Origin: a virus
Length of the DNA: 64,000 nt
Reading direction: 5' to 3' (one strand)
IMG/VR virus record: IMGVR_UViG_3300049846_002130
Span: 1-64,000 of that record
Positions 16,980 through 26,179 of this stretch are shown piece by piece. The stretch's first letter is position 1; the number at the start of each line of letters is the position of its first letter. Position numbers and translations under genes: made by a program. The notes under the pieces were generated by a model. That model was not told the origin of the DNA. It saw only the letters and a program-made list of their open reading frames with translations, and did no database searches.

Positions 16980-17435
16980 CTAGCTTTCGAGGCTAGCCAA
17001 GTCTCCCTGCCAGAAGAACAAGCTGGCGAGCCCGTCCTCCTCCACCTCCCGCTCGTTGTTCAGCTCATCGCAGAGCTGGTCGAGTGCGAGGGTTTCCTCG
17101 ACGATCTGGGCTGCCTTATCCATCTCGGACCAGAAGACCACCATGGCCCCATGGAGAGCGTTGATGCTAAACGCATGCTCCTCGCACACCTCCACTTCGA
17201 AGGCCGGGTCAATCTGGTCGAACCAGATCTCGGTCATGAGTTCCTCGCCCCAGAACACCATGTCCTCGGGGATCTCGAATACGTGGACCAGGTCAGCCTG
17301 CTCCTCCTCGTGGTACACGATCTGGACGCTCTCGGCACAGACCGGGTGGAGAGCGATGATGTCCTCGAAGGTCACGATGGCCCCGACGACGATGACGACG
17401 AGGAGGAACAACGACACCAGGGTGATGGCGAGCAT
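16980..17435 (-). CDS. Membrane-anchored extremely acidic protein (151 aa)
   Basis: GGAG RBS before MLAITL; N-terminal TM helix; about 33 D/E vs 2 K/R. Confidence 0.7.
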   Translation of the reverse strand: MLAITLVSLFLLVVIVVGAIVTFEDIIALHPVCAESVQIVYHEEEQADLVHVFEIPEDMVFWGEELMTEIWFDQIDPAFEVEVCEEHAFSINALHGAMVVFWSEMDKAAQIVEETLALDQLCDELNNEREVEEDGLASLFFWQGDLASLES

Positions 17436-17469
17436 GTTAGCTCCAAGCCTACTAGGTGTAGGCTGTTGT

Positions 17470-18149
17470 TGGTTGGTAGACTTAGAAACTAAGTCTGGTA
17501 GGTGGACTGGGACCACCACGGCCTAAGGTTCTGTGATTGTCCTTTTAGACCTTAAGGTCTGCCCATGGATATCGGGTTTGGCTAGTGGGTTGGTCTTACT
17601 GTCATGCCACGAGTATAGCCAGACTCGTTTGCACCAGATCCAGGTGCTTGGTTGACTTACTCAGTAAGTCAGAGGGTGTGTGTTATCCGCGTACACCAAG
17701 CGGGATGGTATGTTGTACTACAAGCACATGCTGGTAGTAGTGTAGGTCCCCACCTAGGTACCGTTCCCTATAGGGTGATGTCCCCTATGGTAGGTAGTAC
17801 CATGCCTAGGCTACTTGTCGTAGTGCCAACGCTAGGTGCCCCTAGAAGTCCTATGTCTCTTTACCGCATAGGAGATCGGTTGTTTCCATGGCGCATATAC
17901 CTAGTACGTATAGTGTACCCATCGTGGGCACCTATACGGGCTACTAGGTAGGCTACCTGGGGGATGTACCCCTTGCCTTCGTGTGGTGGACTCCACACTA
18001 GTATGCTGCCCAGCATACACCCGTATACACCCGCAGGCGTATACTTCTGCTACACGGTTAATACTTGCTTAAGCAAGTATTAACCTACTACATATCCAGT
18101 GATTGCTCTTCCCAGGTATGTAGGGACATGGTCATATCGCTATGACCAT
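17470..18149 (-). ncRNA. Candidate structured ncRNA or long 5' leader (tandem hairpin array)
   Basis: More than 15 consecutive stem-loops, no RBS-supported ORF, starts at a cassette copy; two stems pair via G-U only on the - strand. Confidence 0.5.
18056..18085. repeat. Perfect 30-bp palindrome
   Basis: GGTTAATACTTGCTT|AAGCAAGTATTAACC. Confidence 0.95.
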
Positions 18150-18178
18150 AAAAGAAAAGGGGGCCGAAGCCCCGATCA

Positions 18179-18277
18179 TCAGGCGATGCGCCCGATGATC
18201 AACCCAATACCGAATCCCACCATCGTCATGGCAATGATGGCAATGCAAGAAGCACACATAAGGATGATGATGCCCAT
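18179..18277 (-). CDS. 32-aa hydrophobic peptide
   Basis: GGAGG RBS directly after cassette; MGIIILMCASCIAIIAMTMVGFGIGLIIGRIA*. Confidence 0.55.
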   Translation of the reverse strand: MGIIILMCASCIAIIAMTMVGFGIGLIIGRIA

Positions 18278-18338
18278 GTTAACCTCCGTAAAAGAAAAGG
18301 GGGCTATATCTCCTATGGATATAGCCCACTAGTAGGTG

Positions 18339-18488
18339 TTAGTAGTCCTTGATAAGACTACCGAGCACCCACTCCTCGCCATCGATACCCTCGTTATTGA
18401 GAGCATGGAGATAGCGCACGAACATCCTCGTACACACGCTTCCCTTACGGTAGGCGTTAACGAGAACGAACAGAGCGGTGGTACGCAT
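18339..18488 (-). CDS. 49-aa hypothetical protein (first leftward gene)
   Basis: GGAGG RBS before MRTTALF. Confidence 0.55.
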   Translation of the reverse strand: MRTTALFVLVNAYRKGSVCTRMFVRYLHALNNEGIDGEEWVLGSLIKDY

Positions 18489-18745
18489 GGTACCTCCAAG
18501 ACATGTAGATGCTGAATGCATCATACAGAGGTCATAAAAAGAAAGAATAAAATAAAAAGAGGGGTCAATACTTTAGGCCGGTGGGCTCCGAACTCCGGAT
18601 TGGATAACCATGATATATCTACCTGGTCCACAAAATTATATATATAATATATTACATAATCCATAGCCACATATTGCTTATATCTATACCAACTACACCG
18701 ATGCTCCAGCTTAATCTGCACTATCTTCTACTTGCACTTGCACTA

Positions 18746-18754
18746 TGTTATACT
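18746..18754 (+). promoter_or_regulatory. Possible extended -10 promoter (TGnTATACT) before the first rightward gene
   Basis: TGTTATACT followed by TTTTACGGAG and ATG at 18770. Confidence 0.4.
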
Positions 18755-18769
18755 TTTTACGGAGACTGC

Positions 18770-19045
18770 ATGACCAAACCCCAGTTACTACGCTATAGCA
18801 TGGCACTCAATCAACATCGCAATGCACTTGCCACCACCTTGAACTCTCTTAGTTCTGTACCAGAGTTACAGTTCTCTGTGTTGGTGAAGTCGAGCCCAAA
18901 AGGACTTGACTGTACCTACGCCAACAAACTACATGCATTTCACTTACTTGATCCTCATAAAGAATTGCCAATATTACGAAAACTTGTTGAACAAACAACC
19001 TCCATGATAGAAGCACTAGAGCGAGAAGTAAATGAATCAGCTTGA
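18770..19045 (+). CDS. Hypothetical protein
   Basis: GGAG RBS before MTKPQL. Confidence 0.6.
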   Translation: MTKPQLLRYSMALNQHRNALATTLNSLSSVPELQFSVLVKSSPKGLDCTYANKLHAFHLLDPHKELPILRKLVEQTTSMIEALEREVNESA

Positions 19046-19751
19046 GCAACGTCAAGAACAGTATGTTCGAGAGCTACTTGAATCACAGCCAACTAAATAT
19101 GAACGGTGGTTTAATAAACTAAATAAGACCAAACAAGAGCGGGTGGTAAAGAAAAGCTCTTCTATTCGCCACGGCCTTACGCATATAGCGCCCCTACAGT
19201 GTCTTGGTCCAACTAAATGTCCGTTCTTTAACGCCTGTCCTATTCCCGAGGACCCCGATAGGCCGGGGCCAAATTCTGATTATCCAATCAACATGCCTTG
19301 TGTGTTAGAAAGTAATTATGTAGCTCAAAGAGTTGTAGACTATATGAAACAACTACAGGTTGATCCTCAGGACCCAATAGAGATGAGCCTTATTAATGAA
19401 CTGGCTATGATGGATTTGATGAAGAATCGTGCTGTGTTAGTTATGTCTAATGGTGACTCTCTTGGTCAGGGACGGGATTTGTTAGCAGTAGATGAGTTTG
19501 TAGATGCCGAGGGCAATACCAGGCACTCTATAAGGTCCCATCCAGCAGTAGATATACTAGATAAACTAGAACGTAGAAGGACCAAGCTACTTGATAAGTT
19601 CTTGGCAACAAGGGAATCTAAGGTACGTATAGTAGGTAGTCTAGAGGGCCAGTCTGCTCTTCAGCTAGAGATACAGAAGTTAACAGCATTTATTACCCAA
19701 CTACAGGCCAAGCCTCTTGAACTGGAGCTTATAAATGAAGACCTCGACTAG
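19032..19751 (+). CDS. Probable terminase small subunit
   Basis: Upstream of TerL; RHG motif, Cys cluster, HPA..ILDKLERRRTKLL helix like P27-type TerS. Confidence 0.5.
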   Translation: MNQLEQRQEQYVRELLESQPTKYERWFNKLNKTKQERVVKKSSSIRHGLTHIAPLQCLGPTKCPFFNACPIPEDPDRPGPNSDYPINMPCVLESNYVAQRVVDYMKQLQVDPQDPIEMSLINELAMMDLMKNRAVLVMSNGDSLGQGRDLLAVDEFVDAEGNTRHSIRSHPAVDILDKLERRRTKLLDKFLATRESKVRIVGSLEGQSALQLEIQKLTAFITQLQAKPLELELINEDLD

Positions 19752-20094
19752 CCGTGGGAGCCCCCGCCGCTCCAGTAATTACAGATCCACAAAGGTAAAG
19801 CCACAGGCACCTAAGCCAAAGGTAGAGCCGGTAGCTGTGCCTAAGCGAAAGGCTGTGCCATTGCCTGGTGCAGCTACTGGCGATACTGGTTCGCTACTTG
19901 CTGCTGCCCTTAAGGCCAAGGTGAGGTTGTTAAAGCATCTGCTAGATGTTGTTGGTAATCCAGTAAGTGTTAGTGTAGAGGTACACGATGACCAATGGGT
20001 ACTGCTTGTTCATGGGCCTAGGCCACCAATGAAGTACTTTGATGACTATAAGGTCTTTTGGGCTCGTAGCAAGGTATTAGCTGGACAAAAATAA
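19735..20094 (+). CDS. Hypothetical protein
   Basis: 119 aa, coupled to neighbours. Confidence 0.6.
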   Translation: MKTSTSRGSPRRSSNYRSTKVKPQAPKPKVEPVAVPKRKAVPLPGAATGDTGSLLAAALKAKVRLLKHLLDVVGNPVSVSVEVHDDQWVLLVHGPRPPMKYFDDYKVFWARSKVLAGQK

Positions 20095-23078
20095 TGCATA
20101 GCTTGGCTCAAAACTCGGTCATTCTGGACACGGAGACACTCGGACTTTCTAGAGGTGAGGGTCTACACGAGGTAGCTGTATATGATCTGGCTACCAACCA
20201 AGCACATGAGCTACTACTTACTCCCAATAGAGTGGTTGTGCAGGCAAAGACTAAGCAAGAGCATACTAGATTAGCTACCAGTGCATTAGACGAACATAAG
20301 CTAGAGAGAGCTAAAAAGTGGCTTAGTATAATCAGGCGCAACCTGATCAGCGAAGGCCAAGAGGTACCGTATAATAAGTTACTGTCGGTACTAAAGAGTA
20401 CAAAGCCATGGCTTTACGAGGCGTTGCAAAACCATCCACATCTACTTGGCAAGCCAGATGTTTCTGCAGATGAGCGAGCAAAGGCCTTGGGTTTGGTTAA
20501 GCTAAGTACCAGGACTATTGAGCCACATGAACTTTCAGCTGCTCTTAAACCTTTGGTTGCAGGCAAGACCATCTGGGGTGCCAACGTAGCATTCGATGCC
20601 AAGGCTCTTGGTGCAGTATTTGGTGGTGCTGCCGCTGCTGGCCATGTGCAAGACTTTAAAACCATGTTAGAAACTCATGGGCCTACTACCGATCCACTTT
20701 ACGTTACCGGCGTAGAGGTTAATAGGGCCAGAGCACTAGCTCAGGAGTCAGGAGACTGGACTGGAGTATGGAAGGCCTATAAGGCAAATGCGCCCAAAGC
20801 AGGGGAGACTGCAGTAAGAGATATACAGGATGTACTGCGGGCTATGATGAGCTATGGCAAAAAGCTCGGGCTTGTTCAGGCAGATGATGTCTACTGGGGT
20901 ACGGGTCTAGATGTCGTTTATAGGCTTATGGGTTCGGTGCATGACAAGAACTACCTTACTCACAAGGAAGCGCATAGAGCCGTAGAAGATTCAGTAAAAC
21001 ACAGTCGCTATATCTTAGAGCGGGCCCTGACCTGGACTGAGGCGCTAGAGAGTGTATTTGATGGTCAGAATGTTGGTCACGATCTGGTAAAGATGGCTAA
21101 GAGTAAGCAGGGGGCCCTATATGAGGTAGCTGCGTACTTCAATAAGTTACAGGTACTCAAACCAGAGCTACTCAGGTCTTCGTTGGTACAACGTATCGGG
21201 CGTGGGGCTGTCGATATAGTTGAGCAACAGGCTACGTGGCAACGAAATGGTATAGAGGCCACTAGGCTGTTGACTCAAACAACGCCTAGTGGTAAGCAGG
21301 TACAGGTACCAGTCAATATGAGCAAGCGGGTACGTCTTGGCTCGCTAGATGAACTAGGTGCATTTCTTACAGCTGAAAATCGATATGGCCAGGATCCTAC
21401 TGAACTTATAGAGCAGTTCAAGGGCCTGATCTCCTCTGGCACCTCAGCGCAAAAGAAGCAAGCAATAGCACAGCTACTACATACGGAAACATCAGGAGCT
21501 ATAGATAAGGCTATAGCTAAGCACATGCAGGTACTGGAGTCTAATGTTGTAGAACCGGGGCTTAGGTCTATCAGGGCCTCTCAGATGACCAAACAGCTGT
21601 CAACGTTGCCAATGCCCAAGATGGCTTCAGTCGCAGCTATGGCTGGGGTTAGTTTAGCAGCAGTATCAATAGTTGGTAGACTGTGGCAAGAGCAGGGTCG
21701 CCAAAGACAAACTCCTGGTAACCCATCGGTAGTTTCTTACAACTATCAACAGTGGTTAGCTCATCAACAAGAGTTCTATGACATGGATTCAGGAGACCAT
21801 GAGAATGGACTGCTGGCTCAGATGCGTCATCGCTCAACAGACTTTGGTTCCCCTTATCAAGGACCTGTTGGTTCCAGCATGGTGTTCCATGATCAGCAGC
21901 TGCTAGAAGAGCGGGAAAAGTGGTTACGGGCGCAGTATGGTGTACGTCACTTTGATCCAGAGGTTGGGCTTTTTGGTATCAACAGTGTGTTCAATCGTGC
22001 ACGACATCTAGGTTATAGGTATCTGCCAGGTGGCGAGTCTGTTAAGGACGGCTATGCGGGCTTAAGAGGCCGAAACCTGATGAGTGTAAATCTTGGACAG
22101 GGTAATTGGCGAATCTCTGTTCAAGATGCTGATACTGTTGTTGTCAAGAAGGCTGGAATTAGAGGTCGTATAGCAGATTTGTTTGGTATGAATGCTGGCT
22201 ATAGTTTTCGTTTAGCTGGTATTGACGCTCCAGAAACAGAACATGGTGGGCGCCGAGGTGGAGCACAGCCCCATGCAGAGCAGTCTATTCAAGGCCTTAA
22301 GGCCATGTTGGCACAGGCTGGTAGCCTTCAACTTGTTTTTGACCCTATGCAAACAACCTATGGTCGTGGCCTAGGTGTTCTTGTATCTGACAAGGGCAAC
22401 ATTAACTACGAGCTAGTTAGAAGAGGTTTAACTGGACACCTCCCATTCGGTAAGTCAGATGAGGCTATGATCGACTATCGGGCACTAAAATCTATGGAAA
22501 CACGAGCTGCCACCGCTCATCGGGGTATGTGGGCCCAGCCTTTTTGGCAAGCTATGTATGATGTGAGTGCAGCAAGTGGCAGTCGACCAACGTTCAACAC
22601 CCTTACACAGTCAGATAAGATTGTGCAAAACATAAGTACTATGGATACTGTGGCGTTAATGGAGCAGGCGCAAGCACAGGGAATGTATAGCACCGCCATG
22701 GCTTTAGAAGCATCTAGGATTGGTAAGTTCTCTCATCAGGGAGTAGATAATGTTAGGCCAGCGGTAACTGGCTCCAGTACAGCATTTTATAACTCTTATC
22801 TACATGAGGCACTAGTTGATACCAGTCAGTGGATGAAGACACATGGTAGTGGTAATAAGCCGAATCCTGTTAGTCGAAGGAATAACTATGGTAAGTTAGA
22901 TAAGGCTCTTGTTATTGATAGTATGGGCAACACAACTTCTTCTTGGAGTAGAAGGAGATATAATGCTATGAATCAGTATGGGCCAGACTTAGATCGTAAG
23001 TATAAGATGATGCTTGAGCAACAGCAAATTAACAACACGTTATTTGATTCACAAATTAACCACCATAGGATGCAATAA
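20094..23078 (+). CDS. DEDDh exonuclease - thermonuclease (SNase) fusion, 994 aa
   Basis: DTET, GANVAFD, H..ED motifs at N-terminus; DADT, RLAGIDAPE, YGR, NYELVRRGL, RGMW near C-terminus; central hydrophobic helix. Confidence 0.8.
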   Translation: MHSLAQNSVILDTETLGLSRGEGLHEVAVYDLATNQAHELLLTPNRVVVQAKTKQEHTRLATSALDEHKLERAKKWLSIIRRNLISEGQEVPYNKLLSVLKSTKPWLYEALQNHPHLLGKPDVSADERAKALGLVKLSTRTIEPHELSAALKPLVAGKTIWGANVAFDAKALGAVFGGAAAAGHVQDFKTMLETHGPTTDPLYVTGVEVNRARALAQESGDWTGVWKAYKANAPKAGETAVRDIQDVLRAMMSYGKKLGLVQADDVYWGTGLDVVYRLMGSVHDKNYLTHKEAHRAVEDSVKHSRYILERALTWTEALESVFDGQNVGHDLVKMAKSKQGALYEVAAYFNKLQVLKPELLRSSLVQRIGRGAVDIVEQQATWQRNGIEATRLLTQTTPSGKQVQVPVNMSKRVRLGSLDELGAFLTAENRYGQDPTELIEQFKGLISSGTSAQKKQAIAQLLHTETSGAIDKAIAKHMQVLESNVVEPGLRSIRASQMTKQLSTLPMPKMASVAAMAGVSLAAVSIVGRLWQEQGRQRQTPGNPSVVSYNYQQWLAHQQEFYDMDSGDHENGLLAQMRHRSTDFGSPYQGPVGSSMVFHDQQLLEEREKWLRAQYGVRHFDPEVGLFGINSVFNRARHLGYRYLPGGESVKDGYAGLRGRNLMSVNLGQGNWRISVQDADTVVVKKAGIRGRIADLFGMNAGYSFRLAGIDAPETEHGGRRGGAQPHAEQSIQGLKAMLAQAGSLQLVFDPMQTTYGRGLGVLVSDKGNINYELVRRGLTGHLPFGKSDEAMIDYRALKSMETRAATAHRGMWAQPFWQAMYDVSAASGSRPTFNTLTQSDKIVQNISTMDTVALMEQAQAQGMYSTAMALEASRIGKFSHQGVDNVRPAVTGSSTAFYNSYLHEALVDTSQWMKTHGSGNKPNPVSRRNNYGKLDKALVIDSMGNTTSSWSRRRYNAMNQYGPDLDRKYKMMLEQQQINNTLFDSQINHHRMQ

Positions 23079-23950
23079 TGAATTCATTTATAAGGCGAGC
23101 TGTTGGCAATAGTATGGAAGATATGCAGATTGGGCTTTTGCAGTCTATCGGTGGTGATTTACTTCGTCGCGAACCAGATGGTACAGTTGTTAGCTCTTTG
23201 TTTGGTTTTGAGGTTCCAGTAAAGCCCGGTGTGGGTATTGGTAAGGGCTCTTATACTGGGGCCGGTGGTAAGCTTGGAATGGGACTGGGAGCTGCTGCTC
23301 TGGGTGGAACTGTATGGGATGCTTATCATGGTTATCAAGATCGAGGGTTAGTCGGGGCTGGTAGAGCCATAGCACTTAATGTGGCTCTTAATGCTGCGCT
23401 AGCTAAGCATGGTCACACTATCGAGAATATAGCGGGGGTCGCAACCTATAATCCAGGTAGATTTATTACCGCCACGCAATTAGCTAAACTTGGTAAGGTG
23501 GGTAAGGTAGCTGGTAATGCTGCCAACCTTACAGACTTCTTATTGAGAGGCCTATGGGGTAGTGCTATTGGTGAAGGTGTAGCTGGAGCTTTAGGTGGAG
23601 GTTTATTTAGCACCCCCTTTGGTATGGCTGGATCTTCCATTGGCGCCCGTATAGGTCTAAGGGGAACGGTAGCCATGATGGGTGTTGGAGCTGTGGTTGG
23701 GACCGGATACTTGGCTGCTAAGGCTGGAGCCTCGGTACTTAAAGCTGGATACAGGCATACGCAAACAAAGAAGATGATAAATACAGATGGTGATATGAGT
23801 TCGTTCATGACGCAGAATGCATTTACTCAAAGAGCTAGGGCCGTCGCTGCAATAAGTAAGTCGCATATGAACGCTCGCTCGGCGCTCGGACAAGAGGCGA
23901 GTTTTTTGTCGATGCCTTCGCGTAACTATCACTCTAATTACAGGATGTAG
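23078..23950 (+). CDS. Gly/Ala-rich putative virion (ejection-type) protein
   Basis: Multiple glycine-zipper-like hydrophobic segments. Confidence 0.5.
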   Translation: MNSFIRRAVGNSMEDMQIGLLQSIGGDLLRREPDGTVVSSLFGFEVPVKPGVGIGKGSYTGAGGKLGMGLGAAALGGTVWDAYHGYQDRGLVGAGRAIALNVALNAALAKHGHTIENIAGVATYNPGRFITATQLAKLGKVGKVAGNAANLTDFLLRGLWGSAIGEGVAGALGGGLFSTPFGMAGSSIGARIGLRGTVAMMGVGAVVGTGYLAAKAGASVLKAGYRHTQTKKMINTDGDMSSFMTQNAFTQRARAVAAISKSHMNARSALGQEASFLSMPSRNYHSNYRM

Positions 23951-23953
23951 TAA

Positions 23954-26179
23954 ATGAATGCGCAGTTAGAAGAGCAAATAAAGAGTAAGCTATTTACAGC
24001 CAACGAATATGGCTATGTACATAGAGATCTAGATGCTGAATTAGATGCATCAGAAATTGATTATCTGGTAAAAGAGTATGGAATAGAAACGACTTATTCT
24101 TATAGTGGTGACACTCAAGTTCCCTTAAGGCCAATGTGTATTAACTGTAAGGCCAGCCATATCTTCAAATACAAGGATCATCCCAACACAACTACAAATC
24201 ATGGCTTTGAGATAGATTGTAAAGGGGTGCCAAGAGCTTTGCCACCGGGGACTGCACAACTAATTGATAAGTATGCTACAGAAAATGCAGTAGATAGAGA
24301 GAAAGCAAAGAAGATTATTTCTGCAACCATTGATCCTGTAGCTTGGTTTGAGTTGATGTTTAACTTTAATGTTGAGGGCCCAGATGGCGAGAAGGAAGAG
24401 GTTCGCTCATATCAAAAGGAAGAGCTACGGTGCACGGCAAAGAGAAGAGCACTAAGATGGGGACGTCGATCTGGTAAAACCTTTATTGCTTGTGCCATGT
24501 TGCTTTACTCTATTTTTAATAGAAAGTATTTAGATGGTTTTGATGAGCGAGGTGAGCCTAAGTATAGGGGGCCGGTTATTCTGGTAGCAACACCATTTCA
24601 GTCCCAGCTTGTAAACGTGTTTGAGCAGTTAGAGAAACTACTTAACAAGCAGATCTCTTTACGTGAACAGGTTACTACTGGTACAGCTGGTAACCTTTAT
24701 GTTCAGAGTCCATTCTTTAGGATGGAGTTTTCTAATGGTGGAAAGATCTACGGGTTTGTGACCGGTGTAGAGATCAAGCAAGATGGTAGTGCTGGTGGCA
24801 GTATCCGTGGTCAGAGCGGCGACATAGTTTATATTGACGAAATGGATATGATTCCAGAAGATATTATTAAAAAGGTTATCATACCCATTCTATTTACTCA
24901 TAAGCATACAGAATTTATAGTTAGTAGTACGCCTATTGGTAAGGCTGGCGAGTTTGCTAAATTCTGCAACGAAAGCCCCCGTTACCGTGAATCATACTTT
25001 CCGAGTACATGTTTGCCTTTCTGGGAAGATGTAAAGAAAGAACTTAGTGATGTAGATCCAAAAGACGACGGGTTTATCTCCGAATACATGGCTGGCTTTA
25101 TTGAAAGTTCGAGCGGGGTATTCAAGAGCCTGTATGTATATGATGCAATGAGAGACTATGTGTATGCAGATGCTAGGTTAGATAATGCTAACTGGTGGCG
25201 AAATTTTGCTTCTGTCCCGAATCGTTCTGATCTTGTACACATAATTGGTATCGACTGGAATAAAAATGCGGGCTCTGAGTTTGTTGTGGTGTCCTATCAT
25301 CCACCAAGTAATCAATATTGGATTTCTGAAGCTACGAATATTACAGCTAACTCGTTCTCATCGCTTAGCTTCAAAGATGAGGTTAAGAGACTAAATTATG
25401 TTTGGCAGCCGGCATATATATATGCTGACGAAGGATATGGCCATACAATTATCGAAGATCTTCTTTATGAATCACAACAGGTGTTACTCAAGGGACCAAA
25501 GACATTACTAGAACAACAGTTGGCTAAGCTTTCTACCAGGTTGAAGAGTTTTAACTTTTCTCAAAGGGTTGAGTTAAAAAATCCCTTTGACGGTACGGCT
25601 ATAGAAAGAACAGGCAAAGAGTTCTTAGTTGAGAATGCTGTTAGGGTATTTGAATCCGGGAACCTAAGAATACCTGTATCTGATAATGTGTTAAGAAAAC
25701 AATTGACCAACTACGTGGTGCTTCGTAGGCACCCCTCTAATAATCGTCCAGTATACGGTATGAAGTCTGAGAGTGTTGGCGACCATAGACTGGATGCCTT
25801 TATGTTGGCTCTTGGTGGTATATTCTTAGAGCTAAATCCACTATATTCTCGTAACTTTTGGCAAGGAAAGAATAACTTTAGGCAAATGGTTAGGACACCG
25901 TTGTCAGAAGAAAATCTTAGTGAGCAGCAATTCAATAATTATAGAATTCTGTCAAAGAAGCTTGGGGGCACTTCAGATCTTAATAGTCGAACCAGATCGG
26001 AAATCCCACAAAGTAAAGCCACCCAAAATGTTTATGAGACTTTTATAAGACAGGCAAATCACAATACGTATGACCCAGAAAAAACTAGACCTTCTAAATC
26101 GATACCTGTTAGTCCTGTAGCTAAAATAGGTATAATCAACAGGCAACGAATTAAACGGGGTGTCCCATGGCAAACTTAG
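23954..26179 (+). CDS. terL: Terminase large subunit
   Basis: Walker A GRRSGKT, Walker B YIDEMD, RNase H-like IGIDWN and DHRLDA. Confidence 0.93.
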   Translation: MNAQLEEQIKSKLFTANEYGYVHRDLDAELDASEIDYLVKEYGIETTYSYSGDTQVPLRPMCINCKASHIFKYKDHPNTTTNHGFEIDCKGVPRALPPGTAQLIDKYATENAVDREKAKKIISATIDPVAWFELMFNFNVEGPDGEKEEVRSYQKEELRCTAKRRALRWGRRSGKTFIACAMLLYSIFNRKYLDGFDERGEPKYRGPVILVATPFQSQLVNVFEQLEKLLNKQISLREQVTTGTAGNLYVQSPFFRMEFSNGGKIYGFVTGVEIKQDGSAGGSIRGQSGDIVYIDEMDMIPEDIIKKVIIPILFTHKHTEFIVSSTPIGKAGEFAKFCNESPRYRESYFPSTCLPFWEDVKKELSDVDPKDDGFISEYMAGFIESSSGVFKSLYVYDAMRDYVYADARLDNANWWRNFASVPNRSDLVHIIGIDWNKNAGSEFVVVSYHPPSNQYWISEATNITANSFSSLSFKDEVKRLNYVWQPAYIYADEGYGHTIIEDLLYESQQVLLKGPKTLLEQQLAKLSTRLKSFNFSQRVELKNPFDGTAIERTGKEFLVENAVRVFESGNLRIPVSDNVLRKQLTNYVVLRRHPSNNRPVYGMKSESVGDHRLDAFMLALGGIFLELNPLYSRNFWQGKNNFRQMVRTPLSEENLSEQQFNNYRILSKKLGGTSDLNSRTRSEIPQSKATQNVYETFIRQANHNTYDPEKTRPSKSIPVSPVAKIGIINRQRIKRGVPWQT

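Larger units (their letters stand above)
10790..18580 (-). promoter_or_regulatory. Dispersed cassette family (~13 copies): hairpin - CCCTT(Y)CTTTTA(T/C)GG - often second hairpin - RBS
   Basis: + strand core CC(A/G)TAAAA or variant at about 10795, 13777, 14284, 14643, 15091, 15414, 16066, 16369, 16579, 16931, 18146, 18286, 18532. Confidence 0.85.

Noticed and set aside
13741-18580. CRISPR array or sigma70 promoters for the repeated cassette
   Set aside because: Copies are separated by whole genes of variable length; TATAAC-like hexamers in a few copies lack a spaced -35
23954-26179. Intein or intron in terL or other core genes
   Set aside because: No intein C...HN motifs or frame breaks; extra length is terminal extension
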